A stretch of DNA of 39,385 nucleotides from positions 1 through 39,385 of the forward strand of contig JAUYPN010000032.1 in assembly GCA_030695725.1 (NCBI GenBank), given 5' to 3'. The position numbers and the translations under genes were made by a program. Shown here one piece after another: positions 33,886 through 39,385 of this stretch (positions within the stretch are counted from its first letter, which is position 1; every line of letters begins with the position of its first letter). The notes under the pieces are model-generated. The model was not told the origin of the DNA. It saw nothing but the letters and a program-made list of their open reading frames with translations, and did no database searches. Origin of the DNA: Candidatus Omnitrophota bacterium. Lineage in GTDB: Bacteria > Omnitrophota > Gorgyraeia > 2-01-FULL-45-10.

Positions 33886-34512
33886 ATGGAGAAGGGTCTA
33901 CTCTGCGCTTTAAAAGCGCCGCTTCGCTGGATACGCCGCCTGTACGACTGGACGCTCCACTGGGCCAGGACAAAACAGGCCCCTTACGCCCTCTTTTTAA
34001 TAGCTTTTATCGAAAGCTCATTCTTCCCTATCCCGCCCGACGTGCTTCTTGTAGCGATGGTTGTGGCTCACCGGAAAAACTGGATCCGCAATGCCGCCAT
34101 CTGCACGCTCGGATCGGTCCTGGGAGCCCTCTTGGGCTACTTTATAGGATGGGGTTTATTTGAAACGGTAGGAAAATTTATCGTCACCACGTATCATCTC
34201 GAGGCCATCGTGAAGATGCTCGGTGAGAAATATGCCCAGAACGCGTTTCTTGTGGTATTCACCGCCGCATTCACTCCGATACCTTATAAGGCCATCACCA
34301 TTACCGCGGGGCTCTTTAAGATATCACTGACGACGCTTGTGATAGCTTCTATCGTAGGCCGGGCCGGCAGGTTTTTCTTAGTAGCGGCAGCGCTGCGCGT
34401 ATTCGGCAAGAAGATATCGGATTCTATTGAAAAATATTTCGATATATTCTCGATCGTCTTTCTTCTATTGGTCGTCAGCGGATTCCTCGCCCTGAAATAT
34501 TTTATAAAGTAA
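33886..34512 (+). CDS. DedA/YqaA-family (VTT domain) membrane protein
   Basis: YALFLIAFIESSFFPIPPDVLLVAMV is the family signature. The track start GTG at 33877 abuts the -10 hexamer, so ATG at 33886 is preferred. Confidence 0.8.
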   Translation: MEKGLLCALKAPLRWIRRLYDWTLHWARTKQAPYALFLIAFIESSFFPIPPDVLLVAMVVAHRKNWIRNAAICTLGSVLGALLGYFIGWGLFETVGKFIVTTYHLEAIVKMLGEKYAQNAFLVVFTAAFTPIPYKAITITAGLFKISLTTLVIASIVGRAGRFFLVAAALRVFGKKISDSIEKYFDIFSIVFLLLVVSGFLALKYFIK

Positions 34513-34516
34513 CTCT

Positions 34517-34822
34517 TCACTTCCCGCTTATCATCTGAATAACAATGCCCGCGACGACGCTTATTCCTATCAACAGGCCGATAATTGAAATGGTGTCCTT
34601 CGTATCCTTGTTCTCTTTTACAAGCACAAGCATCCCCAGTCCCGCTCCGGCGCATAGCCCCGCCACCATCGAACCAAAACTGATGGCGCCCTTGGCGAAG
34701 AGCCCTGCTAAGAGAACCGAGGCAAAACAGTTCGGTATGAGCTCTGAGACAAAAAAATAGACGGCCGCCAGTATTGGCAGCAGTCTTATTGTATCCGTGA
34801 AAGCATCCGTTAACAGATACAT
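34517..34822 (-). CDS. 101-aa three-helix membrane protein; resembles only the C-terminal end of ~400-aa ArsP_2/putative-metal-transporter proteins
   Basis: IPNCFASVLLAGLFAKGAISFGSMVAGLCAGAGLGMLVLVKENKDTKDT... recalls the C-terminal module of that family (from recall, not searched). The start lies 1 nt after the B12-rSAM stop. Confidence 0.5.
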   Translation of the reverse strand: MYLLTDAFTDTIRLLPILAAVYFFVSELIPNCFASVLLAGLFAKGAISFGSMVAGLCAGAGLGMLVLVKENKDTKDTISIIGLLIGISVVAGIVIQMISGK

Positions 34823-34823
34823 T

Positions 34824-36143
34824 TTACGCTTTTTTTAAACTCGTCCCGCAGCGTGGATTGGGTTGCGCCAGCCACGTCATGTTGCAGTTATGTTTCACCC
34901 ATTCCTTGATGGTGAAATGACCTATGAAGCGGAACATGGCGTTCCTGAAGTGCAGCTGAATGAGCGAGGCGAGCGCCCTGCGCAGAGAATAAAATTTTAT
35001 ATACGCCTGGAGAGCGGTCGTCTGCAGGTCTTTTGCCGATAACAATTTCGGGTTGAACACGACGTGCTGGCCGTCATAAAGGCTCCAGTCCTTTGTGAAG
35101 ATCCTCTTCTGCTCGTCCAAAGATTCATAGACTTTCGTGCCCGGGAACGGAGTAAGTATCGCCATCTGTATGGTATCTATCTTATGTTTTATGGTGAACT
35201 TTAATGTCTCCCATATGGCGCTCTTGCCGTCATCCTCTCCCCCCAATATGAACATGCCGTGGATCTTTATCTTTCTTCTGTGAAAAGAACGTATGGCGCT
35301 CACGATCTCATCAAGGGTCTGCCGCTTCTTGTAGGCCTGCAATGTCGCGGGATTTATGGATTCGAAGCCGATGCAGACCGCCCTGCACCCCGAGTCGGCC
35401 ATGAGCCTCAGGAGCCCCTTGTCTTTGGCGGCGTCACAACGCACCTGGCAGTTCCAGTGATTCATCCTATTCTTCCGCAGAAGCTCCAAGAGAAGCCTTG
35501 TACGCTTCGGATCGGCTGTGAAATTATCGTCCACGAAGAAGAACGATCTCGTGCGCCTGGACTTCATCTCTTCGATGATATTTTCGGCGCTGCGGAAACG
35601 GTATTTGCGCCCGAAGATCTTTGTGACCGAGCAAAAACTACAGTCAAAAGGGCATCCTCTTGATGTGGAGATAGGCATGGTAAGGAACGAAGGCCAAAAG
35701 CCTTTGACTAATGTGAAGTCGGGATTAGGCAGGGTGTCTAAGTCCTCTACCGGAGTGCCATAAACGATAGGCTCTCTTCTCCTGCCCTCGGCCACATCTA
35801 CGATAGCATCATCGGCCTCTCCCACCACGACCTGTCTGCAGAACGGAAGCGCCTCCTCCGGAAGCAGACTCGCGTGAACGCCGCCGATGATCACTTTATC
35901 TTTGGGGAATTGCCTGGCTATCTCGTAGCCGCGCTTGGCCGTTGAAGTCAGAATGGAAATGCCGATAAGATCCGCGCCGAGCTTCGAATAGTTGGGCTTA
36001 TGAATGTCTTCGTTGTAGATCTCGACCTTGTGCCCTCTCTTCTTTAGGATGGTCCCGAGGTAGACCGGACCCAATAGAGGCATGGACGACTTGCTGTAGA
36101 CATTTCCTTCTGAAGCGGTAGGCTCTATGAGGACTATCTTCAT
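34824..36143 (-). CDS. B12-binding-domain radical SAM enzyme
   Basis: The N-terminus MKIVLIEPT...PLLGPVYLGTILKKRGHKVEIYNEDI has a cobalamin-binding Rossmann pattern, and STSRGCPFDCSFCSV is the rSAM cluster motif. 439 aa. Confidence 0.85.
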   Translation of the reverse strand: MKIVLIEPTASEGNVYSKSSMPLLGPVYLGTILKKRGHKVEIYNEDIHKPNYSKLGADLIGISILTSTAKRGYEIARQFPKDKVIIGGVHASLLPEEALPFCRQVVVGEADDAIVDVAEGRRREPIVYGTPVEDLDTLPNPDFTLVKGFWPSFLTMPISTSRGCPFDCSFCSVTKIFGRKYRFRSAENIIEEMKSRRTRSFFFVDDNFTADPKRTRLLLELLRKNRMNHWNCQVRCDAAKDKGLLRLMADSGCRAVCIGFESINPATLQAYKKRQTLDEIVSAIRSFHRRKIKIHGMFILGGEDDGKSAIWETLKFTIKHKIDTIQMAILTPFPGTKVYESLDEQKRIFTKDWSLYDGQHVVFNPKLLSAKDLQTTALQAYIKFYSLRRALASLIQLHFRNAMFRFIGHFTIKEWVKHNCNMTWLAQPNPRCGTSLKKA

Positions 36144-36305
36144 TCAGCGCCTTGTAAGCGACGCAGAGGAGATCTGCATCATGGTGAACTGCTGATGGAC
36201 GTGGCAGTAGGTCTCGGGATTATATATGCTCAAAATATGTCCGCACCCTGAAAATTTACAGATCCTGCGCTTCTTGTTCGTCTTTATCTTTCCTTTATAC
36301 ACCAT
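36144..36305 (-). CDS. 53-aa Cys/His zinc-ribbon-like protein (not in ORF track)
   Basis: My own translation: MVYKGKIKTNKKRRICKFSGCGHILSIYNPETYCHVHQQFTMMQISSASLTRR. GGGGG lies 8 nt upstream of the ATG at 36305. The TGA stop (36144-36146) abuts the ATG of the B12-rSAM gene. Confidence 0.55.
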   Translation of the reverse strand: MVYKGKIKTNKKRRICKFSGCGHILSIYNPETYCHVHQQFTMMQISSASLTRR

Positions 36306-36324
36306 TAGCTACCCCCTTGACGCT

Positions 36325-36353
36325 ATTATACTCTCAGCCCGGCCGTTTGTCCA
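36325..36353 (-). promoter_or_regulatory. promoter TGGACA-17-TATAAT for the zinc-ribbon/B12-rSAM operon
   Basis: Minus strand TGGACA (36348-36353), 17-nt spacer, TATAAT (36325-36330), 19 nt before the ATG. Confidence 0.5.
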
Positions 36354-36450
36354 TCGGTATATTACGCCGCTTGCTGTTTAGCGCTTTTAGGAGTATAATG
36401 ACGGCTCTGAGATTTACTCGGGTTAAAAGCCGGCAGGCGGGGAGGATGTA

Positions 36451-36615
36451 TTGGCAAGAGATAATTATTCATATAAGAAGTACGCCAGGGAGCTGGCAAA
36501 GAAGAAGAAGAAAGAAGAGAAACTGCAGCGCAAGCTCGATAAGAAGAATGCTAAGTCCGACGGAGAGCCGGGGCAGGTTTCCAGTGAGGCGACAGGCGCT
36601 GCCGGCAGCCTTTAA
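36451..36615 (+). CDS. possible 54-aa lysine-rich small protein
   Basis: TTG start 5 nt after GGAGG. Product: (M)ARDNYSYKKYARELAKKKKKEEKLQRKLDKKNAKSDGEPGQVSSEATGAAGSL. It overlaps track ORF 36317..36652 in another frame, so only one (or neither) can be real. Confidence 0.3.
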   Translation: MARDNYSYKKYARELAKKKKKEEKLQRKLDKKNAKSDGEPGQVSSEATGAAGSL

Positions 36616-36782
36616 GGCTCCCTTGCCGGAATCGAAGGCTTTTTGTAAATAGTTGTGGCTAATCGCTAAAAAAAGCGGTATAATACCACGCGATAGTAAA
36701 TGTAGCTGGGAATCTTAAACCTTGAGGTTTTTTTCTTTAGCTGTTATTTGCTATTATTTTAGATGGAAGGAGGTAGCAGGCA

Positions 36783-36986
36783 ATGGTAAAAGGAAAAGTG
36801 AAATGGTTCAACGACGCTAAAGGATACGGCTTCATCACTCCTGATGATGGCAAGGATGTATTTGTGCATCACAGCGTTATTCAGGGTGATGGTTTTAAGT
36901 CTTTGAAGGAAGGCGAGGAAGTGGAGTTCGAGATCACGCAGGGACCCAAAGGCGAGCAGGCCACTAACGTAAAGAAGATAGCGTAA
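36783..36986 (+). CDS. cspA: cold-shock protein (CspA family)
   Basis: [31 protein letters not shown] contains the RNP1/RNP2 motifs. GGAGG is upstream. A TATAAT at 36679-36684 implies a ~100-nt leader, as is usual for csp genes. Confidence 0.95.
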   Translation: MVKGKVKWFNDAKGYGFITPDDGKDVFVHHSVIQGDGFKSLKEGEEVEFEITQGPKGEQATNVKKIA

Positions 36987-37022
36987 ATAAGCTGTAAAGA
37001 GTAGTGCTGCAATATGTCAACG

Positions 37023-37053
37023 AGACCCGCATTAAGTGCGGGTTTCGTCTTTT
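37023..37053 (+). terminator. Rho-independent terminator after cspA
   Basis: ACCCGCA (37025-37031) pairs with TGCGGGT (37037-37043), 5-nt loop, followed by TTCGTCTTTT. Confidence 0.65.
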
Positions 37054-37126
37054 CATATTACCTGAACCAACAGGGATAAGATCAACTTCTCAATTTACCT
37101 ATTGCATAACGACCGTGAACAGACCC

Positions 37127-37417
37127 TTATATTGTTTGGGCTTTGGTATAGTTGGCCAGAGTCGGATTTGACCTGTTCATAACAACTGATATATACCAAC
37201 CTACAAAAATAACGACTGTAATGGCTACTCCCAACATTAGATCACTAATTATATTTTTGGAAATGAGAAACAGCTCACCATTCCAAAGGTGATCTATAAC
37301 GCCAAAAATGGCCCCTCCCCATAGTAGCAGGTTGAGCCACCATATCTTGACGCTTTTTGTCTTACCCCATACTGCGGATGTAATCACAGCCCCTACTGCC
37401 GGAACAGCATAACACAT
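37127..37417 (-). CDS. 96-aa three-helix membrane protein, unknown function
   Basis: GGAGGTG is upstream of the ATG. The product is hydrophobic (AVPAVGAVITSAVW, WWLNLLLWGGAIFGVI, LMLGVAITVVIFVGWYI). It sits in a visibly AT-richer stretch. Confidence 0.6.
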   Translation of the reverse strand: MCYAVPAVGAVITSAVWGKTKSVKIWWLNLLLWGGAIFGVIDHLWNGELFLISKNIISDLMLGVAITVVIFVGWYISVVMNRSNPTLANYTKAQTI

Positions 37418-37620
37418 ATTTTTTCACCTCCTTTATCGCGCCGCTTTAATACCTCGTTCGTGCTACCCATAAAATACTCATGAACTCACGAGGAGAAGAC
37501 TGGGATCCCTCTCGTATGAGCCGAGGGGAAACCTTTCTGTTTACATAAGTATCTATTATAGACCAATTAATGCCGGAAACAAGCGAATTTTGCTGTTTAG
37601 ATAGTTGCAATTATTCGCGG

Positions 37621-37797
37621 TCACATTTTATAAGCTTTTATATTTGCACATACCGCTGATGGATGTCCTGTACGGGCATTGCGGCATTTAGAGATGAATT
37701 TAATGTTTTTAAATCCTGCTTTCTCCATAAGAGCCAAGAAATCCTTTTCCACCAATGCGCCTCCAATACACCTTAAGCCCTGAGCCTGCCGAAGGGC
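37621..37797 (-). pseudogene. start-less C-terminal remnant of a class I SAM methyltransferase (ArsM-like end)
   Basis: My own translation, directly after and in frame with the porin TAA: ALRQAQGLRCIGGALVEKDFLALMEKAGFKNIKFISKCRNARTGHPSAVCANIKAYKM*. The pattern C-I-G-G-A...AGF..I......SA...A.K matches methyltransferase C-termini. There is no start codon or RBS. Confidence 0.4.
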
Positions 37798-39102
37798 TTA
37801 ATAGCTGTAACGTAAACGGCTGTAAACATTAGAATCGCCCTTATACTGACCCCAATCCGCATTGTCCTGGTTTCCGAGAAATATATTACCGCCAATGATA
37901 AGACTCCACGCATCTGCAGCCTTCCATGAGAGTGAAGGCCTGAGATACACATCCTTGTCTACTGGGCTATAGAAGACAAAGAGAGAAGCATTGACCGTCT
38001 GATTCGCGAAGAGTTTCGTAAACCGTAACGTGTACTGTTGATACGCCTTGTCATCCTGGAGGTCGCCGGGCAGAAGGCTGTTCTTGTAGGCAGTATAATG
38101 CAGCATCTGAATAATGTAGTATTGGAGACCCGCTTCAAAGTCGTTCTTGAATCCGCGCTTATACCCAATGAGATACTGCATGGTCGAACCTTGCACCAAG
38201 CGGTTCTTGGCGTAATCGTCTTCCTTTGAATCCAGAAAGCCTGCTTCAAAATTAGCTATGCCTCCAACGGCCGGAACAGGTCCCTGGACGCTTGCGCCAT
38301 ATACATCGAGCTCGGGATAATAGAGCTCTCCCGTCTGCTGATTCTTGTATCCTACGGGACTTTTATAGAAACCATGGTTATAGTAGAAAGCCCATTCGTA
38401 GCTATTCACTGTCTCATAGAGCCTCGCCGCTACTTCAGTATTATTGATCTTCATCGGAGGCTCGCGAAAAAATCGATCTGACTGTGCGCCGACCACCCGG
38501 CCGAACAACGGATCAAAGAAAGAGATCCTTCTTCCCTTCGGCACATTATTAGATGTAAATGCCGGTATGGCCACAAGGTCGAGTGACGCTAACTTCCCGG
38601 AGAGTGTAAGGCGCCCCGCATACGACGGCAGTTTAAGGTATTCGTCGTCCCTTCCTATGATGAACGATACGTAGTCTTTCGGAAACTGGTCATTTATGAA
38701 TATGTAGTCCCCCGTGCCCCAAGTCAGTATCTGCTCGCCGATCTTGACATCCGCAAAACTGAATGGCGTAAAAGCTATATAGAGTTCCCGCGGGCCCCAC
38801 CACTTTGGCTGTTCCGTATACTCATCTATGAGGACATCGGTCTTGAAGAAGATCTCGGTGTTCCATTGCTTAAGGATGGCGAACTCGTCAGGAAAATACC
38901 GTAGCTTGAACTGTGAGCGCTGCTCTGCCATGTTGTAGCCATTCTTCGACGCCAGCTTGTCATCATTCACTTTCAACCCAATGTCGGCCTCGACAAAGCC
39001 GTGCAGCTTTGGCACTTCGGCGGCAGGCACTGCGACGGACGCGCACATACTTACCGTCGCTGTCGCCGCCAGAATTACCAATATTTTATTAATATTCGTC
39101 AT
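37798..39102 (-). CDS. outer-membrane beta-barrel protein (porin-like)
   Basis: ATG at 39102 gives MTNINKILVILAATATVSMCASVAVPAAE (signal peptide). The body has alternating-hydrophobicity strands rich in Y/G/N/D. The C-terminus ...SRLRYSY has the aromatic residue typical of OMPs. Confidence 0.75.
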   Translation of the reverse strand: MTNINKILVILAATATVSMCASVAVPAAEVPKLHGFVEADIGLKVNDDKLASKNGYNMAEQRSQFKLRYFPDEFAILKQWNTEIFFKTDVLIDEYTEQPKWWGPRELYIAFTPFSFADVKIGEQILTWGTGDYIFINDQFPKDYVSFIIGRDDEYLKLPSYAGRLTLSGKLASLDLVAIPAFTSNNVPKGRRISFFDPLFGRVVGAQSDRFFREPPMKINNTEVAARLYETVNSYEWAFYYNHGFYKSPVGYKNQQTGELYYPELDVYGASVQGPVPAVGGIANFEAGFLDSKEDDYAKNRLVQGSTMQYLIGYKRGFKNDFEAGLQYYIIQMLHYTAYKNSLLPGDLQDDKAYQQYTLRFTKLFANQTVNASLFVFYSPVDKDVYLRPSLSWKAADAWSLIIGGNIFLGNQDNADWGQYKGDSNVYSRLRYSY

Positions 39103-39131
39103 AATCGGCCTTAACAAGAATAAAGTTCTTC

Positions 39132-39385
39132 TTAATCTCCAACCCATTGTCTGGGGGGCCTGCGCAACAGTCTCTCTTGAAAGATATCCGAAGTGATCCC
39201 CGCATTATAGGAGACCTCTTTCATAGTAATCTCGGTATACCGTTCACCCTCAAGATCCTTCATCACCGCTTTGGCGATTGTCGGTGCACCTTGAATAGTT
39301 TGAATCTCCCGGGTTTCGTAAACCTTGTAAAGCTTTCCTTTAAGATCATAGTGCTCTACTTTAAGCGGGAGATGTGTCGCTTTAT
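39132..39385 (-). CDS. LolA-like outer-membrane lipoprotein-sorting family protein; N-terminus off the right edge
   Basis: My own translation: ...KATHLPLKVEHYDLKGKLYKVYETREIQTIQGAPTIAKAVMKDLEGERYTEITMKEVSYNAGITSDIFQERLLRRPPRQWVGD*. The stop is at 39132-39134. The family call is from recall of the LolA-like C-terminal pattern and its frequent pairing with a porin-like OMP. Confidence 0.5.
   Translation of the reverse strand, partial: KATHLPLKVEHYDLKGKLYKVYETREIQTIQGAPTIAKAVMKDLEGERYTEITMKEVSYNAGITSDIFQERLLRRPPRQWVGD

Overview
Gene-dense 39.4-kb chromosomal window, apparently from an uncultivated diderm bacterium (LptF/G permease, beta-barrel OMP, LolA-like protein, lipoboxes). Most genes are on the minus strand.

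Housekeeping backbone:
- class II ribonucleotide reductase (nrdJ) split by two LAGLIDADG inteins and preceded by tandem NrdR boxes
- rlmN, an NSS transporter, comF, an lptF/G-type permease
- an aldolase-like gene, ahcY-metK, and two sugar-nucleotide genes
- a transporter-less PTS set (ptsI, ptsH, yvcK, ptsN)
- four tRNAs (Lys-CUU, Gly-GCC, Leu-UAG, Arg-UCG) and cspA

Unusual content, in my order of interest:
1. Three translationally coupled pilin-like genes end in a 900-aa pilin::parallel-beta-helix fusion, with no pilus machinery nearby.
2. A four-gene operon with a possibly leaderless first gene encodes a SPASM/twitch radical SAM enzyme, a signal-anchored AmmeMemoRadiSam-type radical SAM enzyme without its usual partners, a CcdA/DsbD-like membrane protein and a membrane-embedded spermidine-synthase fusion.
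3. A palindromic element family: two identical 64-nt copies cap the 3' CCA ends of tRNA-Lys and tRNA-Leu, a diverged copy lies in the Arg-Leu spacer, and a 42-nt minimal copy sits in-frame inside rlmN (+14 aa).
4. An unannotated 53-aa Cys/His protein abuts a B12-binding radical SAM enzyme and a transporter-fragment-like membrane protein.
5. A candidate ~190-nt ncRNA lies between a near-consensus promoter and a terminator-like hairpin inside the tRNA cluster.
6. An AbiEii-family toxin gene at the left edge has an operator-loaded consensus promoter but no upstream antitoxin.

All calls come from reading and translating the sequence and from recalled family motifs. No searches or folding programs were run.
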